NCBI GenBank assembly: GCA_021162655.1
Contig: JAGGYI010000118.1
Coordinates: 1-49,322 of the forward strand
Source: Anaerolineae bacterium
GTDB taxonomy: Bacteria > Chloroflexota > Anaerolineae > UBA1429
Direction of reading: 5' to 3'
Length of the DNA: 49,322 bases
The notes under the pieces are model-generated. The model made no database searches, was not told the DNA's origin, and was given only the letters and a program-made list of their open reading frames with translations. Positions 9,337 through 17,980 of this stretch are shown piece after piece. The position numbers and the translations under genes were made by a program. Position 1 is the first letter of the stretch; the number at the start of each line of letters is the position of its first letter.

Positions 9337-10368
9337 TTATATCTTGATGTGATACTTTTGAGCGATTTGCTCTAATTGCTCCCAGGTTACTTCTGGGAGT
9401 TCGATCCCTTGGCGTAAGCGTTCCTCTCGAGTGAACCACTCTGGTTCTCCGGGGACAAGAATTTCTTTGACCCCGGGGGCCTTGCGAGCGGCTTTGACAG
9501 CTGCGATCAACTCATCAACTGTCTGACAAAATTGTTCCAGCGGCTGGAAAGCCGCTATATGAATAGCTGTCATCACGAGAACGAAATCTCGCTGGTATTT
9601 TGGAGAGGCCGCGATTCCCACTCCAGAAAGGCCTCCTGCCAGAGCCTCAATGAGAAAGGAGAAGCAATACCCTTTATGCTTGTCAAATGGAAGAAGGACC
9701 CCACCTCGTTGGTGGGCAGTGGGATCTGTGGTGGGGTTGCCGTCAGCATCAAGGAGCCAGCCCTCGGGGATAGGAATACCTTTATCAATGGCGAGCTGAA
9801 TTTTACCCCAAGCGCAGGCTGAGGTGGCAAAGTCTAAAAATACAGGGGGATGCTGAGCTGCTGGGATTCCCCAGGCGATGGGATTCGTGTTAAAAACAGG
9901 GCTTGTCCCCAGATAGGGAGCTACGCTCCCCCCTGGGCGTGAGCCGCTGCCAAAAACCATGCCGATGAATCCCTTTTCTGCTGCTTGGACGACATACTCT
10001 CCCAGACGCCCGGTGTGGCCGCAATTGCGGATAACTACCATCCCGATGTCGTGCTGTTTAGCTTTTTGCATCGCATAGTCCATCGCTTTTCGGGCGACGA
10101 CCTGCCCAAAATTGCGACCTCCGTCGATGAGAGCAGTGGTAGCGCTCTCGTGAAGGATGGAGAATTCCCCATGAGGATTTACTCTACCCTCTCGGAGCAT
10201 TTCCAGGTAAAAGCTGACGCGTAATACGCCATGAGAGTCGTGGCCTACCAGGTTGCTTTCGACAAGGGAGAAGGCAACCTGCTGAGCCGTTTGTGTGGGC
10301 ACTCCTGCTCTCTCAAAGATCTGTTGAACAAGGGAGCGTAGTTGATCCGCTTTGACTATAACAGACAT
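9337..10368 (-). CDS. Ldh_2 family (malate/L-lactate/ureidoglycolate-type) NAD(P)H oxidoreductase
   Basis: 343 aa. LVGHDSHGVLRV and NCGHTGRLGEY motifs are typical of the Ldh_2 family. Confidence 0.8.
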   Translation of the reverse strand: MSVIVKADQLRSLVQQIFERAGVPTQTAQQVAFSLVESNLVGHDSHGVLRVSFYLEMLREGRVNPHGEFSILHESATTALIDGGRNFGQVVARKAMDYAMQKAKQHDIGMVVIRNCGHTGRLGEYVVQAAEKGFIGMVFGSGSRPGGSVAPYLGTSPVFNTNPIAWGIPAAQHPPVFLDFATSACAWGKIQLAIDKGIPIPEGWLLDADGNPTTDPTAHQRGGVLLPFDKHKGYCFSFLIEALAGGLSGVGIAASPKYQRDFVLVMTAIHIAAFQPLEQFCQTVDELIAAVKAARKAPGVKEILVPGEPEWFTREERLRQGIELPEVTWEQLEQIAQKYHIKI

Positions 10369-10567
10369 AGCTCCTCCGTGAAAGCTTGGTTATCTCATTT
10401 TGATGTAATTCGGCACAATTACATCCTAGCATATTCTGGAAGGTGTGTCATCCGTGTTTTCGGGAGAGATTTGTTTTCTGGATGGGGGCGCATTAAACTG
10501 CCCTTTTGAAAGGAGGTGTTTCTTGAGCAGCCAAATTACTCCGCGACGTTCTTTGGAAGGGCTAAAA

Positions 10568-11830
10568 ATGTTTCTTGTGCGGCAAAGATGGGAGCAGCCA
10601 GATGTTTCCCTGGAGAACATCTCGGGCTATATACAGGGGGCATTGGAGCGCAAGGGGATTCTAAAGCTTATCCGGCCTGGCGATAGTATTGCCATTACCG
10701 CGGGTAGCCGGGGAATAGGGACGATTCCTCATGTATTAAGGGCGATCGTCGATGCTGTGCGGGCGCGTGGAGGGAAGCCTTTTCTCTTTCCTGCGATGGG
10801 GAGCCACGGAGGAGGTACCGCAGAGGGTCAAAAGGAGCTTCTGGCTGGCCTAGGCATCACAGAGGAGGCGATGGGGGCGCCTATCTTGGCGACGATGGAA
10901 GTTGTCCAGATAGGAGAAACAGAGGAAGGGGTGCCAGTGTACCTCGACGCGTTTGCGGCGCGGGCTGATGGGATCATCGTTGTTAATCGAGTGAAAAAAC
11001 ACACAAATTTTGACGCCCCCATAGAAAGTGGGCTCTGTAAGATGGCCGTTATAGGGATGGGGAAGCATGCACAAGCTGTGGTGGTGCATCAATTAGGCAA
11101 TGCGGCCTTTCGTGAGCATATCCCCAAGATTGCCAGGATCGTTTTCTCGCGGGCGCCAGTGCTTGGCGGGCTTGCTTTACTCGAGAATGCTTGGGGAGGC
11201 CTGGCAGAGGCTGTGCCACTCCTCCCGGAGGAGATCATTGAGCAGGAACCCTCTCTTCTGCAGCGAGCCAAATCGTACAGTGCCAAGATACCTTTCCCGG
11301 AAATAGACATCCTCCTTGTAGAGCGAATGGGCAAGGACATTTCAGGGACGGGGATGGATTGCTACGTCATTGGGCGGAAACGCATCATTGGAGAGCCAGA
11401 ATGGTCAGAGGCTCCTCAGATCCATTCCCTTGTGCTTTTAGACTTGACCGATGCAAGCCATGGAAATGCAGTAGGAGTAGGCTTGGCCGATTTCACCACT
11501 CGTCGGCTCGTTTCTAAAATCGATTGGAAGGCAACATATGTGAACGTGTTGACCTCAGGCAATTTAGAAAGGGGCAAGCTTCCTCTCGTTTTCGAGACAG
11601 ATCGAGAAGCATTGGAGGCGGCTGCCTTCCGAGAAAGAAAAGTCCCGCTTCAAGAGTTGCGCCTTTTGTGTATCCCCGATACTCTCCATTTGCGCTATCT
11701 TTTTGTTTCCGAGGCCTTGGCGGAGCAGGCGAAAGGCCAAGGAAAGCTCGAAATCCTCAGCGGTCCTCATAGGTTACCTTTTGACAAAGGGGGGAATTGG
11801 ATCTCTCCCTTTGAGGAGAAAGGCCCTTAA
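10568..11830 (+). CDS. LarA-like / DUF2088-type domain protein (function unknown)
   Basis: AMGSHGGGTAEGQKELLAGLGITEE and NRVKKHTNF..ESGLCKM..IGMGKH resemble lactate-racemase-domain family proteins, recognised from memory only. The start was chosen at ATG 10568 (GGAAGGG upstream) rather than the ORF-track 10445. Confidence 0.5.
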   Translation: MFLVRQRWEQPDVSLENISGYIQGALERKGILKLIRPGDSIAITAGSRGIGTIPHVLRAIVDAVRARGGKPFLFPAMGSHGGGTAEGQKELLAGLGITEEAMGAPILATMEVVQIGETEEGVPVYLDAFAARADGIIVVNRVKKHTNFDAPIESGLCKMAVIGMGKHAQAVVVHQLGNAAFREHIPKIARIVFSRAPVLGGLALLENAWGGLAEAVPLLPEEIIEQEPSLLQRAKSYSAKIPFPEIDILLVERMGKDISGTGMDCYVIGRKRIIGEPEWSEAPQIHSLVLLDLTDASHGNAVGVGLADFTTRRLVSKIDWKATYVNVLTSGNLERGKLPLVFETDREALEAAAFRERKVPLQELRLLCIPDTLHLRYLFVSEALAEQAKGQGKLEILSGPHRLPFDKGGNWISPFEEKGP

Positions 11831-12114
11831 TAGCGGGCGAAGGAATCCACATTCAACACAAAGATCGTTGCCCGATGGGGAGGATGGGAGCTAGGAGCTG
11901 ATTCGGGTTCTACCTCTGGCCCTGCATGGGCATTGATGATCTCCAGCGCCTCGCTTGCCTTATCATCATCTACGCCCACTAGGAGGGTGACGTTACCTCG
12001 GCGCCAAAAGCCCCCTGTGGAGCTGATCCGAGTAACGCTGAAACCTTTGGCATTTAAGGCTAGGGTTACGTCTGCCGCAAAGTCGTCCCTGACGATAGCT
12101 AGCAGGAGCTTCAT
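11827..12114 (-). CDS. darA: PII-like cyclic-di-AMP receptor (DarA/PstA, YaaQ/DUF970 family)
   Basis: The 95-aa product MKLLLAIVRDD...VTRISSTGGFWRRGNVTLLVGVDD...ATIFVLNVDSFARY aligns by eye along its length with B. subtilis YaaQ/DarA. It lies 44 nt downstream of the kinase-like gene on the same strand. Confidence 0.8.
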   Translation of the reverse strand: MKLLLAIVRDDFAADVTLALNAKGFSVTRISSTGGFWRRGNVTLLVGVDDDKASEALEIINAHAGPEVEPESAPSSHPPHRATIFVLNVDSFARY

Positions 12115-12158
12115 TCAAGACCTCCTATGAATGCACAATTGAGAGACCAATTAGTTAC

Positions 12159-15100
12159 TTAGAAAGGTTCTGGGCGAACAGGTAAGCGGAACGATCTTTC
12201 GCCCATAAGGATCTCGAGATAGAGTTGATCTTGCTCTATGTTGGAATCATCTCCTATTTGAAGGCGTACAGTGAGTCGAGCACTTTTCTGTGGTTTGATG
12301 TCGCAGACGTTTCGAGAAAGCATGAGTTGAGGGACTGAGGGGGTGATTTCCACATGAGCGGGAGCTAGCCCAGTGTTGTAAAGGAGTAGGCGCCCTTGTA
12401 GGACGTCTGCTTTTGGTTTCAGGACCAGTTCTTGGGGAAGTTTTAGCTCTGGCTCAAGCTGGAGAGCCAGACTTACTTTAACATCTACCTCGCCGCCGTT
12501 ACTTGTTATGTGAATCGACCCTCTCCCTTCACTTGTTCCTTGAGGGAACTCTTCCATGTCTGTGCTCACATGAACCTGGACGGAACGCCCCATTGGGCAT
12601 GCAAAGGATACTTTATCTACCGTTAGCCAGGTTTGGTCTGTGGTGATATTTCCCCGGAGCATGCCTAGGCCATGGTTGAAAATACGCAAGACGCTAGAAA
12701 CATTCTCCCGATTGACGCTCGTTCCCAAGTCGAGAAAGAGGGTATCGGTGGCGAGTAGAGGAGAAGCCAAGGCGATGCGGAGAGGGATTTTCGCTCGTCC
12801 TCCGTCGCTATTGACTATGAGAGTGGCTGTGGCGGATTCGCTCTCAAGGGCGAGCCCATATGCAGTGAGTTGCACCAGACAGCTTTGACCTGCTTGGCAG
12901 TTTCCCGAGAGGGGGGAGATCTCTAGCCAAAGAGCATCGGTTTGGATATGCCACTCGAGGTTGCCTGTGCCCTGGTTAGAAATGGTCAAGTTACGACTTT
13001 CCGGTCGAGTGCGGTCAACATAGCCGAAATCCATCTCTAAAGGGGCGACGGCGAGGGCAGGTTGAATGATGGTAATGTGAGCAGGAATATCGTAAATCTC
13101 TGCTCCTGCGACGAGACGTATAGCTGCTTGAGAAGAGATTTCCTCGCCATGGTCAAAAACTTTGCTAGAAGCAAGCAGAGGTATCTGTTTCCTCTCTCCT
13201 GGGGCACATTGGATGTGTTCTGTAGGAACGATGAGCCACTGGACGAGAGATCGTAATTGCGCTTTCAAAGGAGCAGAGCCCTCATTGCGCAGGCTGAGAG
13301 CTATTTCTTTTTCTTCTCCCAAGGAGAGGGTGCCACACTCCAAAAAGGAAGATTCAAGGACAAGCTTGGGGGCACTGATCTGAGCGCGGAGCGACAATGT
13401 TTTGCTTCCCCCATTCGTTTGAAGGCGCAAGGCCTGGGGTATCTCTAGAGGGCCATCGGCCAGTCCGGTCCAATCGGCGCTCAGCACCAACTGGGCAAGT
13501 TCCCCAGGGGCGCAAGAAAACCTTTGGGGGTGCACTTGAAGCCAGGGAAGCAGACTCCGGGCAGCTCCGTGGAGAGGAGCGTTCCCAGTGTTGCCAATGT
13601 ACAAATAGCGTTCGCTCACTTGACCGGCGAGCACGGTGCCAAAGTCGATCGTCAGAGTGCCTACATCTAACTCGGGGATGCGGCGTTGAGCCCGAATCTC
13701 TATACGCTTCTGGCCTCCATCGCTGTCAATAAGAAGCCCTTGTGGTTCAGCGAATGTTCCCCTAGGCATCTTGGTGGGGATGGCTGTAACTGGCAGAATC
13801 GTCGTTTGCCCTGCAGCGCATTGAAACTGTTGTTTGCCAAGCCTGATCCAGGGGAGTGAGCTGGTTACTTGTCCCGAGAGGGATTGTCTCCCCAAGTTGG
13901 AGACCTTGAGCTGCAAGGTCCGCTCTGTGTTTGCTTCTACGGAACCAAAGTCAAGCAGGGTTGGCTCCACGTGAAGGAGGGGCGTTGTCGGGATGTCTAC
14001 AGTCACTCCTACCCACTGGCGCCCTGCGTCTGTGTCTATTGAGATTGCTTGGGGCTCTATGATATGGCCAGCGGGTAGTTCATTAAGCTTGATTGAGAGC
14101 AGTGCTTTGGCTTGTTTCCCCGGAGGGAGACGGAAGGCTTTTTGAGGTGTTGTTATCCAGCTCGTGTGGCTGATGATGCGGCCTGTGAGTTCTCCTTGAC
14201 CCGCATTGTATAACCGAAGCGCAAAGCGCTTTTTCCCTGTGGGAGGAACATCTACTAGGCGGATTTGGCGTGGATAGACCGAAAGTTTCCCCTTTGGTTT
14301 CAGAGAGGGGACAGCTGCCTCAGCAGTAGGAGTAGGCCCGAAACGGGGATCACGTCGAAACCCAAAAGCTGCCATCGGTTCGGGTGGCAGCGTTTCTTTC
14401 TCTAAGGGGTGCTTTTCTGCTGCTCTCTGGAGGGTCACGAGCCAATTGGAGGTAGAACGAGCAGCATACTTGGAGAGCACTTGGAGGAATTCCTCAACAG
14501 AGGCGAAACGCCGAGCGACATCTTTGTGGGCTGCTTTGGCGATGGCTTTCACAAGTTCTTTGGCGATGCCTGGCACCGCCTGCTGGAGAGGGAGTTTGTG
14601 AGGAAGCCCTTTTTCTAGCAATTTGTCGATGAGCAGTGCATAGAGCAGCCGGCCGAGAGCAAAAAGATCACTTTGAGGGGTAGGTGGTGCTGTTTGGAGT
14701 TCAGGAGCAGAGTACCCTGGAACGCTGCCGTAGGGAAGGTTTGCTGTGGGTTTGAAAGCTTGTCCTAGGTTGAAACCGAGTATTTTGGCACGGCCTTCGA
14801 TGGTGATAAGGACGTGACTTGGTGAGAGGAACGACGCGAAAAGAGGCGGAGACTGCCGATGGAGGTAACAAAGGGCTTCGCCTAGTTGTATTCCCCAGGC
14901 ACAGGCGAGAGAAGGAGGTGTTTTCCAAGAGGGATTGGCAATAATCTTGGCAAGCGTCCATCCTTCGAGAAATTCATAGACGACGTAGTAATTGTTGTGC
15001 TCGTGAAAAGCATCAACGATGCGAACAAAGCCTGGGTGGTTTACCTTCCTCCAAAGAGTTAAAGATCTCTCAAAGGTTGCTACAGCCTCCCGACGTTCCT

Positions 15101-15443
15101 TTGAAGTAATGAGAGCGAGAGGGCTTAATTCCTTGATGGCGTATAGCTTTTCGGAGTGGAGGTCAGCGGCTTTATACACGGTGCTGATGGGCCCTTTGGA
15201 AAGAGTACTCAAGAGGCGATAGCGGTGAGCAAGCTCTTGATGTGGGGTCTCGCGGAAAAGATCAGCGAGCAGAACATCATTTGTGGATTGTCCCTCGCAA
15301 TTTGGGCAGTGCCCCACATACCATGGGCGTGGGGTACCGCAGATAGGGCAAACTTGAATGAGAGGAGCACCGCAACGCACGCACCGGCGAGCGGAAAGAT
15401 CATTCAGTTGATTGCATTTGGGACAGCGCTGTTTTGTTGCCAT
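12159..15443 (-). CDS. Zinc-ribbon + Ser/Thr-kinase-like (predicted pseudokinase) + 7x Ig-like repeat protein
   Basis: The N-terminus has CPKC..CVRCG and CPICG..CPNC. The Hanks-type fold retains YAIKEL (beta3 Lys) and SAPE. The catalytic loop reads HRQSPP...LSPSHVLI instead of HRDxKxxN, and DFG reads GFN. Seven roughly 100-aa repeats follow. No signal peptide or TM segment is visible. Confidence 0.8.
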   Translation of the reverse strand: MATKQRCPKCNQLNDLSARRCVRCGAPLIQVCPICGTPRPWYVGHCPNCEGQSTNDVLLADLFRETPHQELAHRYRLLSTLSKGPISTVYKAADLHSEKLYAIKELSPLALITSKERREAVATFERSLTLWRKVNHPGFVRIVDAFHEHNNYYVVYEFLEGWTLAKIIANPSWKTPPSLACAWGIQLGEALCYLHRQSPPLFASFLSPSHVLITIEGRAKILGFNLGQAFKPTANLPYGSVPGYSAPELQTAPPTPQSDLFALGRLLYALLIDKLLEKGLPHKLPLQQAVPGIAKELVKAIAKAAHKDVARRFASVEEFLQVLSKYAARSTSNWLVTLQRAAEKHPLEKETLPPEPMAAFGFRRDPRFGPTPTAEAAVPSLKPKGKLSVYPRQIRLVDVPPTGKKRFALRLYNAGQGELTGRIISHTSWITTPQKAFRLPPGKQAKALLSIKLNELPAGHIIEPQAISIDTDAGRQWVGVTVDIPTTPLLHVEPTLLDFGSVEANTERTLQLKVSNLGRQSLSGQVTSSLPWIRLGKQQFQCAAGQTTILPVTAIPTKMPRGTFAEPQGLLIDSDGGQKRIEIRAQRRIPELDVGTLTIDFGTVLAGQVSERYLYIGNTGNAPLHGAARSLLPWLQVHPQRFSCAPGELAQLVLSADWTGLADGPLEIPQALRLQTNGGSKTLSLRAQISAPKLVLESSFLECGTLSLGEEKEIALSLRNEGSAPLKAQLRSLVQWLIVPTEHIQCAPGERKQIPLLASSKVFDHGEEISSQAAIRLVAGAEIYDIPAHITIIQPALAVAPLEMDFGYVDRTRPESRNLTISNQGTGNLEWHIQTDALWLEISPLSGNCQAGQSCLVQLTAYGLALESESATATLIVNSDGGRAKIPLRIALASPLLATDTLFLDLGTSVNRENVSSVLRIFNHGLGMLRGNITTDQTWLTVDKVSFACPMGRSVQVHVSTDMEEFPQGTSEGRGSIHITSNGGEVDVKVSLALQLEPELKLPQELVLKPKADVLQGRLLLYNTGLAPAHVEITPSVPQLMLSRNVCDIKPQKSARLTVRLQIGDDSNIEQDQLYLEILMGERSFRLPVRPEPF
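12162..14291 (-). repeat. Seven tandem ~100-aa beta-sandwich (ASH/PapD/BACON-like) coding repeats inside the kinase-like gene
   Basis: There is a recurrent pattern L.FG.v......L.v.N.G...L.G......WL.v....f.C..G....v.l. Examples are LDFGSVEANTERTLQLKVSNLGRQSLSG..LPWIRL..FQCAAGQ and IDFGTVLAGQVSERYLYIGNTGNAPLHG..LPWLQV..FSCAPGE, with further copies beginning LECGTLSLGEEKEIALSLRNEGSAPL, MDFGYVDRTRPESRNLTISNQGTGNL and LDLGTSVNRENVSSVLRIFNHGLGML. Confidence 0.65.
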
Positions 15444-15669
15444 AACGCTTTCTAATTCCGTGCCCTAAGGCACTTGGGGATGCGGGACGCGTATGCCCCT
15501 TTTCCACATCAAGGCAGGTAAAAAAAAGGAGGAGTACGGAAACCTATAAGAGAGGTCCGAATGCAGAAGGGCAAATACAAGATTGCCTAACTTTATTATA
15601 ATGGGAGGGGAGGGGCTGTCAAAATTATATGGTTAATTGATCAGATGGCTTGGGATTTGAAAAACTTCT

Positions 15670-15699
15670 TTGACATCGCTTTTTTAGGGAGGATAGAAT
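15670..15699 (+). promoter_or_regulatory. Putative sigma-70 promoter for the dehydrogenase gene at 15739
   Basis: TTGACA (15670-15675), an 18-nt spacer, then TAGAAT (15694-15699), about 40 nt upstream of the ATG. Confidence 0.35.
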
Positions 15700-15738
15700 G
15701 GAAGACAGCCGTTATATTGTCTGGAGGGGAGATCAGAC

Positions 15739-16638
15739 ATGATAAAGAATGTGGGGTTCGTTGGAGTGGGGACCATGGGAGAGCCTATGGCGCGCAATTT
15801 ACTTAAGGCGGGCTTCGATCTCTATGTAGTGGCGCACCGAAATAGGGCTCCCGTGGAGCGTCTTGTTCGCGAAGGAGCGACAGAGGTTTCTTCTGTTGCT
15901 GATTTGGCTGCGCGAGTGGAGGTGCTGATTTGTTGCGTTTCTAATGATGCCGCTGTAGAAGAAGTAATGCTTGGAAAAGGCGGAGTGTTTGAGGGGGGTA
16001 GGGAGGGATTGATTGTTGTGGATTCGAGTACGATCTCTCCTTTGACTTCCCAGCGTATTGCGGCTCAACTTGCTCAGAAAGGTATCGTTCTGCTCGATGC
16101 CCCAGTGAGTGGTGGCCAAGTAGGAGCTATCGCTGGCACCTTGGCTATCATGGTTGGAGGTCCTCGGGAGGCTTATGAGAAGGTCTTGCCCGTCCTCCAG
16201 GCGATGGGAGAAAAGATCACCTACATAGGGAAAAATGGCTCGGCTTTGGTAGTCAAGCTGGCCAATAACTTGATTGTAGGGGCCATTTTAGTGGCCTCTT
16301 CAGAGGCTCTGACAATGGCGGCCAAGGCGGGAGTGGACCCTGGCCTCGTGCAGCAGGTGCTTTCAGGGGCTACTTCGAGGGGGTGGTTGATTCAGGAAAA
16401 GTTGCCTAAAAGCGTTCTCGCGGGGGACTTTCAGCCGGGGTTCAAGCTCGCCTTGTTGTACAAAGACATGGGCTTGGCCTTGGATTTTGGTAAGGAATTA
16501 ACAGTGCCTATGTTCATCACTGCACTTGTTCATCAGCTCTATGCCCAGGCTGTGGGATTGGGTAAAGGCGAGCTTGATTGCACTGCTGTAGCCCAGCTCT
16601 ATGCTGAAGCGACCAAAGTCGATTTAAGGGCCAAGTGA
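15739..16638 (+). CDS. NAD(P)-dependent beta-hydroxyacid dehydrogenase (3-hydroxyisobutyrate / tartronate-semialdehyde reductase family)
   Basis: Rossmann N-terminus VGFVGVGTMGEPMARNLLKAG, then DAPVSGG and the KLANNL motif of the HIBADH/GarR family. Confidence 0.85.
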   Translation: MIKNVGFVGVGTMGEPMARNLLKAGFDLYVVAHRNRAPVERLVREGATEVSSVADLAARVEVLICCVSNDAAVEEVMLGKGGVFEGGREGLIVVDSSTISPLTSQRIAAQLAQKGIVLLDAPVSGGQVGAIAGTLAIMVGGPREAYEKVLPVLQAMGEKITYIGKNGSALVVKLANNLIVGAILVASSEALTMAAKAGVDPGLVQQVLSGATSRGWLIQEKLPKSVLAGDFQPGFKLALLYKDMGLALDFGKELTVPMFITALVHQLYAQAVGLGKGELDCTAVAQLYAEATKVDLRAK

Positions 16639-16664
16639 GGGGAGGGGAAGAATTCCCCTCCCTT
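16638..16664. terminator. Hairpin between convergent genes (bidirectional terminator candidate)
   Basis: GGGAGGGGAA-gaa-TTCCCCTCCC, a 10-bp stem at 16640-16662, immediately after the stop at 16638. Confidence 0.45.
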
Positions 16665-16683
16665 ATCGTTTGTGGCAAGTTGG

Positions 16684-17202
16684 TTAGAAGGCCTCGCTAG
16701 CGTATGCCCCTAAAATCTCTCCATAGTATAAGCGGTGATAGTCCTTTCCTCCATATGCTGAGGCTTCAATAGAGGGGTCTAGGTTCTCTGGGATGACGTC
16801 ATTTGTGTGTACAACTTGACATTCGTAGACCATGGGACATTCAGCAATTACAATAGATGGCACGTGCTTGGCTTGTTCAGTGGGGACGTTATAGGCCTTG
16901 AACTTGTCAAGCTCACGCCCACTTTGCGTGCCGCAAACCATGACCCAGTCACGCATCTCCATCGTAGGGACATTGACGGTAAAGACCCCCGAATCCTCTA
17001 TGAATTCGTACGTGTAGCGAGAGGGGCGAACCATGACTACAAAGATAGGTTTGCCCCAAATGATACCCACCGTAGCCCAGCCAATAGTCATGACGTTCGA
17101 TTCCCCGCTGCGTTTGCTGGAGACGAGGAGTAACCCGGGATCAGCAAGCAAGGCCAAAGTTCTGGCGAGCTTGTGAGTGTAGGATACTTTTTTACGTGCC
17201 AT
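16684..17202 (-). CDS. Flavin reductase-like (FMN-binding split-barrel) protein
   Basis: 172 aa. NVMTIGWATVG and the overall pattern are typical of flavin reductase domain proteins. Confidence 0.7.
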   Translation of the reverse strand: MARKKVSYTHKLARTLALLADPGLLLVSSKRSGESNVMTIGWATVGIIWGKPIFVVMVRPSRYTYEFIEDSGVFTVNVPTMEMRDWVMVCGTQSGRELDKFKAYNVPTEQAKHVPSIVIAECPMVYECQVVHTNDVIPENLDPSIEASAYGGKDYHRLYYGEILGAYASEAF

Positions 17203-17222
17203 TCTGCTCTCCTTCCCTGCTC

Positions 17223-17978
17223 CTAAGGGCTTGGATCAAGCCCAAAAATGCGTAGAGCGTTTCCCCCCATGATGAGGCGGCGCTCCTCGGGTGTCATGGG
17301 AGTGTGGTCGTAGATCGACTTCATGTAAAGAGGGTCGAAAAGGGTGGCATCTGTGCCGAAAACTATGCGTTTTGCTCCCAGGATTCGAAGTCCTCTGGCG
17401 ATCGATCCTGCATAGGGGGTACTGCAGACAAAGTCAAGATAAAGGTTGGGGCGCTTTTGAGCTATAGCTATAGCATCTCGCCAAGCATCGCCACCTGCAT
17501 GGGCAACAAGGATGGGTAGACTGGGATGACGTTGAGCTAATGTGTCAAGGTGGGATATAGCTGTTTTCCCCCAAGTGTGTAGAAGCAAGGGCTTGCCCCA
17601 TTCCTCTAGGAGTTCTAGCATGAGGTCAAGGCGAGGATCCCCCAATGGGCAGCCGGAGTAATGGGTGTGAATTTTCACTCCTACGAACTTGGGATTGTCT
17701 GCATAACGCTCTAATTCTTTGCGAGAAAGCTCTAGCACAGTAGGATTAACTGTGACATATCCATAAAGCTGTGGGTACCCCTCGAGGGCCTCGGCGAGCC
17801 TGGCATTACCCTCTACCATGTCGTGCACAATGGCTTGTCCAGAAGAAATGATGGCAATGTCGATTCCCCGAAGTTGGTTTAGACGTACATTTAGTTCGAT
17901 GCCTCCCCATCGCCCTGGGAGGGGCCAGGGATCAACATGTTGATGGGTGTCGACGATAGGAAAAGCTTGCTCAGTCAT
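17223..17978 (-). CDS. Amidohydrolase-2 family metal-dependent hydrolase/decarboxylase
   Basis: N-terminal metal ligands in IVDTHQHV, then LVAHAGG and FGTDA motifs of the TIM-barrel amidohydrolase_2 family. Confidence 0.75.
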   Translation of the reverse strand: MTEQAFPIVDTHQHVDPWPLPGRWGGIELNVRLNQLRGIDIAIISSGQAIVHDMVEGNARLAEALEGYPQLYGYVTVNPTVLELSRKELERYADNPKFVGVKIHTHYSGCPLGDPRLDLMLELLEEWGKPLLLHTWGKTAISHLDTLAQRHPSLPILVAHAGGDAWRDAIAIAQKRPNLYLDFVCSTPYAGSIARGLRILGAKRIVFGTDATLFDPLYMKSIYDHTPMTPEERRLIMGGNALRIFGLDPSP

Positions 17979-17980
17979 TT

